Assembly (NCBI GenBank): GCA_001643675.2
Contig: LSRY02000026.1
Span: 1,178,001 to 1,242,000, forward strand
DNA length: 64,000 nucleotides
Origin: Monocercomonoides exilis PA203
Lineage: Eukaryota > Protista > Preaxostyla
Reading direction: 5' to 3'
Under the pieces are notes generated by a model that did no database searches, had not been told where the DNA came from, and saw only the letters and a program-made list of their open reading frames with translations. The translations under genes and the position numbers were made by a program. Each line of letters begins with the position of its first letter. Position 1 is the first letter of the stretch. Shown here in pieces: positions 35,780-48,002 of the stretch.

Positions 35780-38700
35780 AAGCAACAGAAGGCAAATGAG
35801 GCGGTGCTTTCATTGACTGCTCAGCGGGAACACATGACTTTGAGCTGAAAATGGTTTCATTCACAGATTGCTCTGCTTTCATTGGGACGAATCTGTTTGT
35901 TTTGTTGTCTAGGCTAAACGGGACGATTACTTCGGAACACTTGAATTTTGACTTGACGGAATTTTTGAGCCAAATAAACGCTTTTGTTTGCAGCGACACG
36001 GAACTTACAGAGAAAAGCCTGCTTTTGTTCATTGTGCTGAGGAAAGAGACTTCTGTTTTTGTTTCTTCTTCTTCTTCTTCTTCCTCCACTCAAGTTACTT
36101 CTCAGCCTCCTCCTTATTCACTTTCTGCTCCTTCTTCTCCAAATTTTGCCAATCAAACGCCAACAACACCAACAACAACAACAACTTCTTCTTCTTCATT
36201 TACAACATCTTCTTCTTCTCATTCTTCTTCCTCTTCCTCTTCCTCTTCCTCTTACTCTTACTCTTACTCTTCCTCTTCTCTTCCTCCTCCACCCCACACC
36301 TTCACTCCCTCCTATCCATTCCCCTTCCATCTTGCCATCAAGCAAGTCGTTACCTCTGACCACTCAAACATCACGTTCCTCTCTTCTCCTTCGCCTTCGC
36401 CTGTGCAATTTGTGGATGAGGCTGTGCAGTTCTATTTGGCACACGCAAAGGAAAGGATGTCGTTCAAGATGTGGATGGCGGAGTGGTGGAGAGAGGGAGA
36501 AAAGGGAGAAAAGGGAGAAAAGGGAGAAAAGGGAGAAAAAGGAGAAAGAGAGAAGGAGAAGGGAGAAAAAGAGAAGGAGAAAGAAAGAGAAAGAGAATTT
36601 ATGAAGAATAAGATGGATATGATGAAAGAGAAGAAGAAGAGAGGGAGCGATGTGAGTGATGTTGTGCAGAAGGAAAGAGCACAAACACTTCCTCTTCTGA
36701 AGCTATCGCAACCTCATCAACCTCATCAGAATTCTTCTTCTTCTTCTCCATTTTCTTCTCTTTCTTCTTCTTCTTCTTCTCAGCTCTCAACAACTCTTTG
36801 CATTGATTCCTGCGATATAACCTCCTCTTCTTCCACTTCAAGCACAAACGGGGGTGCGTTATTAATTTCTCCTTCTGAAACAGGAGCGCTTGTTGTGAAT
36901 GGCACCACGACAACATCTGGATGCACATGTGAAACCGAATATGAAGGAAAAGGAGGATTTTTATAACTGCTTTGTCCAACAAACAACGATGATTTTGCAC
37001 TGAGTGGGTTAACTTTCTCGTCAAACAATGCATTTGTGGGGAAAGACCTGTTTTTGTCGTGTGCTGACTTGACAACAAAAGTTAGCAGCACCTCATTCGC
37101 CTTCGCTTTGGACATCGACGAAGACCAAAGAGCAAATTCTCTAATTGGAATCGATCGAGCAGGATTCACAGTAAATACTGACTTGTTTATCATCATCATT
37201 GGGCTGAATCAGCATTCACTCGCAATCAACGGGTAAAGCGGGACAAACGGGATTTTCTGGGGAGACACGGTGCAGTGCCTGTCTGTTGATTATGCGCTTT
37301 CCCTGTTTGGGAGGAAAGGAGAAAGGACGGTTGTGCTGACGGGCGATTCGCCGCTGGAGGCAGAAGCGGAGATGGATCAGCGTGTGGTGAAGAGCGGGGT
37401 GAAAAAGACAGGAGGAGGAAGTGAAGGAGGAGAAGCTGTGATTGTGAAGGCAGGTTTAATTCTGAATGATTCGATTTCTTCTTCCACGGGAATTGTAATA
37501 GAGACAGTTGGATCACTTAAGTTTGAGCGATTGCATATACACTTCCTGCTTTTTTTGAGAATTTTGTGAATGTGCTGATCTTATCCACCACTACTTCCAG
37601 TGAATTAACTCTTTCTCATTGCAGTTTTGCCAAGCAGACTGATTTCGGCACAGATGTTTCTTTCTCTTTGGTTGCTTCGTCGAGTGGAAAAGTGATTGTG
37701 GATGATGTTTCCTTTAGTAACTTTGAGTTTTCAGTTTCTCTTTTTGCTTTGTCACAAACAGCTGAAGTTAGCATAAAGGCGATGATTGTGAATACAATTT
37801 CACTCGATCAGATATCCTTCTTTTCTCATCCAACAACAACAGCGTCATCATTGTCATCATCGTCAACTTCTTCTTCTTCTTCTTCTTCTTCTTTTACAAA
37901 CAATTGTCATTCACTGGCAAATCATCACAACAGATTCCCTTCTTCTGCTTCTCTTCCTCCCCTTGCTTATTCTTCTTCTGCTTCTCCTGAGCAAAACCAA
38001 GATCATGCTTTTCATTATGTATCATCATCATCATCTTCTTCTTCTTCTTCTTCATTGGAAGAAAATGAAGCATATTCTAATTTTGCGCCTTCTTCATCTT
38101 CCACACGAAAACAGTCTTCTTCATTCAATGAACGAGCACTTCAATCACTCACTGCATTGACTGCTCTTTTTAATACTTCTTCGATTTCTTCTTCCTCTCC
38201 ATCTTTTTCTTCTTCTTCCTCCTCCTCTTCATCTTCTTCATCTTCATCATCTCCTTCTTCTTCGTCATTCACTTCTCCCTCTTTCACTTCAACACAACCT
38301 TCCTTTTTTCCTTCCTCTTCCTCTTCTTCTTCTTCATCTGACCTCTCCTCACACACATTTTTCTCCTCTTCTGAGAATCGCCTTGAGCCCCTCGCATTTC
38401 AAGCGCCTACTGCTTCTGTCTCATTCACTTCATCTTCATCTTCTCCTTCTTCTTCTCCTTCTTCCTCTTCTCCCTCATCATCTTCTTCTTCTCCTGCCAA
38501 TCAACAGCATATTCAACAGATCAATCAAACAAAACAAACAAAGCAAGCTCAGTTAAAAACACAAATGCAATCACAAATTCAGCCTCAATTTCAGTTTCAA
38601 ATACAAATTCCTGTTCAAATACCAATTTCACTTCAAAGACAACGTTCTTCTTCTGTTCCTTCTGCTTCTTCTTCTTCTTCTTTTTCTTCTATTTCTTCTT

Positions 38701-38980
38701 CCTCTTCCTCTTCCTCTTCTTCCTCTACAATTTCTCCTTATTCTTCCACTTTTTCTTCTCGTTTTTCTTCAATTTCAACATCTCGTTCAACATCTTCTGA
38801 TTCTTCTCGTGTTTTATCGTCTTCTTCTTTTTTTCATCATCCAACAACAAAACTCAGTTTGCCGGCAGGGAAATGGTATTCCCAAAAAAATAAGTTTTAT
38901 CTGCAACTTCTTCAAACACATCAATTGAAAACAAAACTAATTCTTCTTCTCCTCCTCCTCCTTTCTCCTCCTCCTCCTCT

Positions 38981-39012
<32 letters not shown>

Positions 39013-41150
39013 CTCTAATACTTTTTCCACATCTTTGATAACATCGAAAACGACAAGCAATTATATTCTCAGAAAAAACTCGTTGCCATCATATATTATT
39101 TCAACAGAGAAGAATTCGATTTTTTCCGATGGGAAGAGAGAAAGTGCTGAGGGATCTTCACAAACAAACGAGGCAGATTCGCAGCAATTGCTATCTGAGC
39201 AAACAAAGACATCTTTGTTGGAGGACATATCTGAACACTTTGTGAAGGAATTTGGAGTTGAACATAAAGCTAAGAGGAAGTGCGATGAAGCCACTCAGAA
39301 GTCGGTATCTCTTTTGAACAAGTCGTCATCTTCATCATCAACATCTTCGTCTTCTTCGTCTTCAAAGAACACTGATTGTTTGAAGCGTGATGGAGAGAAA
39401 AGGGATGAAAGAGCAGATATGGAGCAAGATGGAATGCCAGCTGGAGGGACATTTGATGATGAGGAGTTTGGCGAAGTGCAAGGGATCCAACTTTTCATTT
39501 GAATTTTGTGGATGAGCTGTTCAATGTGCGGATGGATGAGGAAGAACACAAAGACGGATTAACACTAGCTCAGCAGCCACAAAGCGATGGCAGCCCTGAG
39601 CAGATGCGAAGCACAGAAAAATCTTCATCAAACACAACTCTATCAAACTCATCAGCTCAAGAGTCAAATCCTTCTTCAACTGAGCCTTCGACAGGTCAAG
39701 AATCCGTCTCATCGACATCTGATTCCAAATCGCCTCGATCGCACACATCTCCAACATCATTGCCTCCCTTTTCTGTTTCATCTTCATTTCCTTCATTTCC
39801 TTCATTTCCTTCGTGTCAGCAATCTCCTTCAAAAATTGAACAAATTTCTCAACATTTTACATCTGTTCCGGCCATGGCTGCGTCTTCTTCTCCTTCAAGT
39901 TGCACAGAAAGTGCGAAAAGTGCATTAGAAAAAGGGTGCAGAAAAGCAAAACCGATAAAGAAGAAAAAGCAGAAAAAGAAAAGAGGGAAAAAGAAAAACA
40001 TGATGAATGATCCAATGATTAATTCTTATGCAGTTTCGCAATCTTCTGAATTAAAAAATGTTTTTGAATCAAAGCGTTTCTTGGATAATAAAAAAGGAAA
40101 TGACAGCACACAGTCTCCGAATGCTTCAGGTGGCAGAAGTTCCCCAGAATCAGAGAGGCCATCTCCTCAGGGAACGCATCAAACAACCCCAAAAGCAACT
40201 CCTCAAGTATCTCTTCATTCATCTGCGCCAACTTCCCCAGCAACACCAGTAACGCCAGCAACGCCATCCACTTCGCAAACACATTCGCCAAACTCGACTT
40301 TGAGCTTGCTACCTTTGCCAAAGCAAAAGAGCCAGTCGAACTCTGCCATTGACAATCTGAGAGCAGCAGAAGCCGCATTGCCAAAAACATTGTTTCTTCT
40401 TTTTCAAATGAAATCGTTTTTGCAGTCGGGCATATCGTTGCAACTAAACTCCCCCCTCTCGAATTATTCTCCTTCAGCATCGCTTTGCAATCTTCTTTCG
40501 TCTTCGTCTTCTATTTCTTCGAATGTTTTGAGCGAAAAGCGGAGCACACAGAATTTGTGAAATGCACGGGGATCATCGCTGAGCCCTTCCATGTCAGCAT
40601 CTCCGCAGTTGCTGGCATGTTCTCCGTCAAGCGCGATTGTGACTCTTCCTTCCTCGCTGCACTCTCTTGCCTCAAACAAAAACTCTCCAACGAACAAAGT
40701 TTTGAATCCATCAGGAGAGGTGCATTCGCTGGAAACTCTGTTCAACAGTGATTTAAAATCATTTCCGCCTTCTCGTTTGGAGAGTGATGCCAGAGCACAG
40801 GAGTGTGGCTCAAACATTGACGACATCAATTTCTTCCCTTCATAGTTGTCGAATATTCAGCCAACTTCTGTTGGCTCGAAGAAAGTCTGCACAAAGACAA
40901 CATCGTCTTCGAATGACAAAAGATTTTCATCTTCATTGTTGAGTCCTGTTCTTTCGTTTCCTCAGTTTTAGACGGCAGACCCAACGACTTCAACGATTGA
41001 CAGCTCATCTCCTTCAGTACCATCAATTTCGAGTGCTATTGAGCCATCTGAAAAGTCTGCTTCATCTGTACAGTCAAGAGTGCATGACTCAATTTTGTTT
41101 CTACACTCATCAGAGGAGAAGCAGTCTCCGATTGATATAGGATAGAAGGA
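35780..41150 (+). pseudogene. Mosaic of degraded host-gene fragments (beta-helix-like surface family pieces followed by Ser-rich low-complexity ORFs)
   Basis: NGGALLIS..GKGGFL*, FSSNNAFVGKDLF, with stops and frameshifts between ORFs 35851-36966, 37036-37236, 37270-37569, 37566-39038 and 39499-40560. Confidence 0.5.
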
Positions 41151-41647
41151 GAATGAAAGAGATGGCAAATCTTCCTCTTGTTCTTATTTTTCTTCATCTT
41201 CTTCCTCTCTCCTTCCTCTCTTCTCTCTTTCTTTTCTCTTCTTTTTCTTTTATTTTTCTCTCCTTTTCTTCTCTTTCTCTTTTAATTCTTTCCTCTTATT
41301 CTTTCTCTCTTCCTCATTTAAATTATCGTCTAACTTCTTTTTCAACTGCTGAAAATCAATCAAATTCTGATTTTCATTCAAAATCTCTTCTTTCTTCCAT
41401 TCAACAACAAAAAGATGAAACAGATTCAATGAAACAATTAAAGAAACATTAGCTTTTTTTATCATAAAAATTATTTTTTGTAAAGATCTTTTGATTTTTG
41501 TTTTTGCATTTTCATGTTTGTTTCTTCATAAGTTCTGCAAGTTATGACAAGTGATTAATTGAACTTTTTTTAAAATTTTTTTGCTTTTCAAAATATTGTT
41601 TGCTTTCCATTATAATTTCATTTTCTGGAAATTTTATCTTTTTTTCA

Positions 41648-43999
41648 TGTTTAGTACGACTAAAGAACATCGAAGCACCCGAAAAAGACTGATAAAATCG
41701 GAAGCAATATATATTGCTAACATTTTTAAAAAAATGCCTTACGAGCGGGCTGTTTTGTTATTTAAAGCTTTTGTGCTTGATGAAGAATTTGGAAATCTTC
41801 TTTTCCGCGATTTTGTAAAATCGTGTTACTGTTTGCATTTTTCTTTTTGATTTTCTTTTATAACTAATTTTATTTTTATTATCGATTATGATATTTTTGA
41901 ACTATTCATTTCTAACAAATAAAAAATGCGAATTTTATTCATATTCATTAGCTCCAGTTATCAAAATTATTTGTGAAGTGGAAAAAACAATGCAAAAGAA
42001 AAATTCAACATTAATATTTCCCTCTTTTTCATCTTCTTCTTCTTTGTCTCCTTCTTCCTCAACATCTTCATCTCCATCCACCACAAAAAAAGCTTCTTCC
42101 TCTTCTTTTTCTTCCTTATCCTCTTCCTCTGCATCTGATCCTGCCTCCCTCTATTCTTCCGCCTCGATCTCTGCTCGTGTCCCTGCCCAGATGCCTATCG
42201 AAAGTGCATTCCATTTCCCTTCTGTTGAGCAGATCGCCCAGTCTTCCACACTCTCTTTGTATTCTGCTGATTCTCCTCTTGCCTCTGGCACCACTGCTGA
42301 TAATGCCACTTCGAGTGATGCTTCTGAACAGTCAGCACAGCCACCCCAGTCATCTGTACATGCTACTGCACCTGCATCATCATCATCTGCTGCTGCTGCT
42401 GCTGCTACCACTACATCTTCTATTTCTTCTGCTTCATCATCATCTTCTTCTTCGTCTTCTTCTCCATTTGCTCCATCTTCTGTATTTGCTCCTTCTGATG
42501 TCTTGCAATTGCAACCTTCGCTTTCCTATGTCAATGCCTCGTATACTTTATTCCCATTGCCTAATTCGTCTCAGACTTCAACAACAAGCTCATTTCCAAC
42601 AGAAACACAGGCACCTTCCACAAATCACTCTGAGACTACACAAATAGAACAGGTTGCATCATCCAATCAATCTGATTTATCAATTCCTTCTTCTTCTCTC
42701 ACTTCTTCTTCTTCTTTCTCAAATTTTTCTCCTTCATCCATCACATCAATGCAGAATTTCCAAACTCAACAGCAACAGCAACAGCAACAACCTTCTCTTC
42801 AAATTTCCACAAACTTATTCAAAGAAAGTGAAGAAAATGATACTTTTTCATTTGCACATCATATCAATGATTTTTGCATTTCTTTTGAACCCACTTCTTC
42901 ATTTCACATAAATAAAAAAGAAGCAAAGAAATGCAAAAAACATTCGACTTTTTCTTCCAAAATTTCAAAACAATCAAAAAAGAAAAATTCTTCATCATCA
43001 TCTTTTTCTTCATTATCTTCAAAAGAAAATTCAAGATCGTGCGTTTCAATTCTTCTTTCTTCTCAAAGAGGATTGAAAAACAATGGCAGTGTGTGCTCTC
43101 TTTCTGCCATTTGTCAATGCATGGCTTCTATTAATCTTGAATTTACAGACATTTCAAAAATGAACAGCATGCAAAAAACATTCATGCAGCTGTTTCATCT
43201 TCTTCGAATCTCTTCGTTTAATTTCAATGTGTAGGATGGAGGTCAAATAAATAAATTCTACGACACTTATCTTGGAGGGAAGAATCAACCAAAAGAGTTG
43301 TCTGTTGTTTTTGAAAGACTTCTCAAAGTTCTTTCCAAAAATTGTAATGAAATTAACGATATGTTTTCTATCATTTCACAAAATGTTTTAATGTGTGTTC
43401 ATTGAAATGATTACTCCATTTCAAGAAGGGATGATCAGTTTTTTGTTACAATTAGAGGATCAGATGTTGTTTCTGGTCTTCAAGATTTATTAACTTGTAA
43501 TTCATTTTTAGTTGAGAAAAGAGAAGGAGAGTGTGTATCATGTCACAAAGATAGACAATTTTTGAAATATGTTCGTTTTTTGTATTTTCCAAAAGTGTTA
43601 AGTGTTTTATTCAACGTTGGTGATTTTTTCACTGTAATTGCTCCTCCTCTCACTATTAATTTTGTTGATTCAGGGTTAGGGCCTGAGGATTTAAAAATAT
43701 TTGATCCAAAGGCTCACTCTGAAGATTCATTATTAACTTCTGGTTCTGATAATGATGTTATTGTTTATGAATTAGTTGGATGTGTTATTCATTCAAGTGT
43801 TCTTTATAAGCAAGGGCATTTTTTGGCCGTTGTGAAAGAAGATGTTTCTAAACCTAGTTCCATTTCAAAGTTTATTGAGTGTAATGATCATATTGTTTCA
43901 GAAATTATTCCTGAAAAATGGAATGATTATTGGAATCATCTCGCTTTGGAAAATTTTCATCCTTCTATTTGTTTTTTCAAAAAAATTGAAATATCATAA
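41648..43999 (+). pseudogene. USP/C19 deubiquitinase-like gene, paralog of the transposase-embedded USP; one predicted intron (about 41831-41951) and two nonsense codons
   Basis: GLKNNGSVCSLSAICQC, CVH* and CVSC, FPKVL, GCVIHSSVLYKQGHFLAVV..IECNDHIV; ORFs 41888-43234 and 43562-43999 are in one frame, broken by TAG 43232 and TGA 43403. Confidence 0.8.
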
Positions 44000-45078
44000 T
44001 TCTTTTCATTTTTTTTTGATTTTAATTTTTGAGAATTTTCTTAATTGCAAAAAAACAAATTTAACTCCTCTATTCATTATTTTTCTTTTTTGTTTTTTTT
44101 CCAAATAATAATAATAAATCATTGTTTGAATATTTATTCAATGACTCTTATTTTGAAAAAATGATAATTCACAATCGAAAATTAATTCAACTCTGTGAAT
44201 AATTGTTCATTATTAATTTTTTACTTGATTATCAACAATATAAGGTTATTTGTTGTTTTCAAAAAAATATTTCCTTCAAAGAGAACTAATATGAAAGAAA
44301 AATAGATTTTTAATGAATAAACTTTTTTAACTAAAAAAATCTATATCTCTGAAAAAGAAAGAACAAATAAATAAATAATATCATATTTTTTTCATTAATA
44401 AACATCGTTTGAAAACATTTAATAATAAAAAAATTAGTTAACCATTCTTTTTGAAAAGAAAAATATTTTATTGTTCTTTTTTAAAAAAAAGAATCATTCA
44501 AAAATGTTCAGGAAAAATATATTTAACTCAAAAATTATGCAAATAGGATATTTTGTTGATATTTTTGTATATTTTCGAAGAACAATTTATCCTTTTCAAA
44601 AAAATTGATTGATCACAACAGCCCATAATTTTATTTCTTTTTCGATTTTTGATCTTTTTTTATGATATCAAAAAAAATCACCCATATCTTGATAAAATTT
44701 CTATTCTGCTTAGGAATTCACATTAGAATGTTTTTACAATATAACCAAGTATTTGTTCTTTTTTAAAGTGAAGTTTCATGTGTGTGGACAAAATTTTCAT
44801 ATAAATATGCCAATGTTATTTTAATTTAAAATTAAACATTTGCCACTTTTAAAAAAGAATAACATATTATATACTCCAAATAAAAATTTTAGCAAGTTTT
44901 TTGGAATCACAAATCTCGCAAAAAATGCCGTCCATCGTACAAAACACAGGACAAGATCGATTTCACAATAACTGCACAAAGAATAATTCTGACAATTTTC
45001 CCAAAAATGAATCTCATAAATACAAACTCAATTGGTAAATGAGACTTTCAAAACTTCCTCGTTTATGCCAGAGAAAAT

Positions 45079-47462
45079 GGCATAGGTCTAAATTGTACCA
45101 GTAATGAATTTGACCTTTTTTTGTGAATTTTCGAAGTATTATTGATTGAAATAATTATTTAAGACTGTATTGTAGTAAAAATTTCAATAATCTTTGAGTT
45201 GAAAATAAAATCCAAAACATTGATCAATCCCATTAAAATATTTGAATATTTTTATTTTGTGTTTTGTGAACAAATAAGAGCTGTGCTTGGACTGTTTTCT
45301 GCATTCATTGTTTTGTTGTATTTTTTTGCATTACAGACTCTTTCAAAAAAAGAACAAATCAGAATGTTGCTTTAAATTTTCTTTAAATATTCAAATCACA
45401 AATTTTTGAAAAGAATGCATTAATTAAAAAGTGTTTATAACAACAATTAGAATAAAATTTTCATTTATATTTAGAAAAGTTTATCCACAAGAATTCAATT
45501 TCACTCCGTTTTTCGAAATTGATGTTCCAATACAAATTTCGCTTGTTAAATCCTTCAACTCAATCTTTATCCCTCCTCTATTTCTGCTCTTGCATCCACA
45601 TTCCTCCTTCGTTGTATTCCACAACACAAAAGTCTCACCTGCCTTCACACTTTTTGCAATCACAACCCCATCACCTGTTGTCCAATTAACATTCAGAATT
45701 ATTTCATTCACCAGAATTCTTTCTCCAGATGACGATCCTGCTGATGATGACTCGACAAATAGAGGCTGGCTAACTTTCATGTTTTCTATCTCCACATCAC
45801 TCATAGTCAGCTGCCTTAACACCACTTCAAACACACACTTCGCTATTCCTCTCCCTCTTGATGTCGAAGAATTGATCACCACATCCTCCAGCGAAAGTGA
45901 ACCGCTCCCATCAGAAACAACAAACACATTTGGAGACGAGCTTCTTGTCGCGTTGTGGTCGATCCCTACATGCCCCACCTCCAGCTGTCCGGTCGTCACA
46001 CTGAACAGCGTTGTCGATGATGAAGAAAGCGAACTCGTCCCAATCACACTCACCGTCTTCCCTCTCCCAACAACAGAAATCTTCTTTCCCCCAACACTGA
46101 TCGTCTTCTCTTCGCTCACATGCCTCCCACCCAGCACTGTGATTGTCGAGCTCAGCTGCGCCATGCTTGATTCCACTGCATGCCCCACCGTCTTGCACGG
46201 TGCTGCCTCGCTCATCCCACACAGATTGCTCGTGTCAACTCCACCCACACCAACAAACCGATCTTTCATCCCGACGCTCAGCCAATCCATCTTTTCCGAA
46301 TGCTGAAACTTCCAACCGCTCGAATAATAAGCATAGCACACTCTCTTATCATTGCTGTTCGTTGTTTACGATTCGTAGAATGGGTTAGCAGATGAAAAAA
46401 GATTGTAATAATCTTCAAAATTCACATCACCACCGATTGAAGCAGAATTGCTGCGTCTGCAATCATGGAAGAAGAAGAAATAACAATAAATATTGTTGCT
46501 TGGAGTTGTTTGTTGATCTGGGCAGAAACTCATTCCTCCGCCATATGAATATGCTGAGCAAGAAAAAAAATGGAGACTCCGCATTTTGAATTCAGATGGA
46601 ACAGCAACACAACGCATGCCCCCACCGTTAGCGCTTGTCACTGAACATGAAGAGAATAAACATTCAAACATGCAAGCACTCTCCCCTTTCGCACTTTCCG
46701 TTCCAATACAGGCAGTTTCAGAAACCTGAAAAGAATTAAGATAAAGTCCTCCCCCATTATATTTTGCAGAACATTTCTGGAACTCGCACCCACTGATCCT
46801 GACACACGACGAAATTGATTCAGCATATGTTCCTCCTCCATAATAATTTTTTGCGGTTCATGCATTGAACGAGTTGTTCACAACCTCAACGAATTTTTTA
46901 TAATAGCACATTATTCTCCCACACAAATGGAATGCAACGCACCCATTGAACACGCTATGTGAAACTGAGATAGTGATAGATGATTGACAAGATACGTAGA
47001 TTTCCCTGTTGCTTGACGAAACGTTGGTGCATGATTTTTCTGTTTCTGTTGTCTTTAATCCGTTCAATTCACTCCAAATTATTGGGTAAACTTCTCAAAG
47101 AGATTCACTCCTTTAAAAACTTCTAATTATCTCATTTGCATCACTATTTGAACTAAATTTTATCGCAACTTATAAGAAGCAAGTTGATAAAAATAAATTT
47201 ATGAAACACGTAAAAATTAATTTTGTGTGAACATAAATTTGGTTATTAACAATTTAATTGTAACAACACATTCAAAAAATAAAAAATGAAAAATGAACAA
47301 AATTTTTATGGGATTGATCAATGTTTTGGATTTTATTTTCAACTCAAAGATTATTGAAATTTTTACGACAATACAGTCTTAAATAATTATTTCAATCAAT
47401 AATATTTCGAAAATTCACAAAAAAAGGTCAAATTCACTACTGGTACAATTTTGACCTATGTC
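45079..47462. mobile_element. 2.4-kb long-TIR element with an 8-bp TSD (Pack-MULE or Merlin-like) carrying a gene fragment
   Basis: About 170-bp nearly identical TIRs starting G(G/A)CATAGGTC; TSD GAGAAAAT at 45071-45078 and 47463-47470. Confidence 0.88.
45481..47210 (-). pseudogene. Frameshifted 5' part of a beta-helix-like surface-family gene (cargo)
   Basis: ORFs 46858-47067, 46366-46671 and 45481-46341 with F..C.A...GGG repeats and GGVDTSNLCG..PCKTVGHAV. Confidence 0.7.
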
Positions 47463-48002
47463 GAGAAAATTATTTATTATACCTCTGAGAAGCTCAAAAT
47501 CCTATTTCTTTTAGAATCTTACAATTATTTTTTTCTGAGCATAAACGAGGAAGTTTCGAAAGCCTCATTTTCCAATTGAGTTTGTTATGATGAGATATAT
47601 TTTGAGGAAAATTGTCAGAATTATTCCTCTTGCAGTTATTGTGAAATCGATCTTGTCCGGTATTTTGTGAAATGTACTGTATTTTATATTTTCCGAAAAT
47701 TTTCACACAAATATATTTTATTAATAATCATTTCCAATTTTAATAAATGATCATTTCAAAAAGTTGGTTGTTCTTTCACAAAGTTTGAAATCTTTTTGTT
47801 CAAATTGTAATTTCACTTCAGGATAATTTTTCATTGAATTTATTAAAAATTTCGAAAATTTGTTTTTGATTGATGATAAAGAATATTTGTTATGTTGAAA
47901 TATTTAATGCTTTTTATTCATTCTAATTCATTTTTAAAAAATCTTGGTGACATTTTGTTTGTGGAAATTAATTCAACCATATTTAATATGTGATTGGTAA
48001 AA

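Larger units (their letters stand above)
22731..44683. mobile_element. 22-kb TIR element (Sola-like ends) containing cargo, the USP-transposase unit and a USP pseudogene
   Basis: TIR GGGTGAT(7-8)GATATCATAAAAA at both ends (about 26 bp, one indel); ATAT TSD at 22727-22730 and 44684-44687. Confidence 0.75.
44920..47685. mobile_element. Palindromic MITE-like element (arms about 44920-45078 and 47527-47685) interrupted by the 45079-47462 insertion
   Basis: GGACAAGATCGATTTCACAATAACTGCA...CTTCCTCGTTTATGC present in inverted orientation on both sides; outer ends not resolved. Confidence 0.65.
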
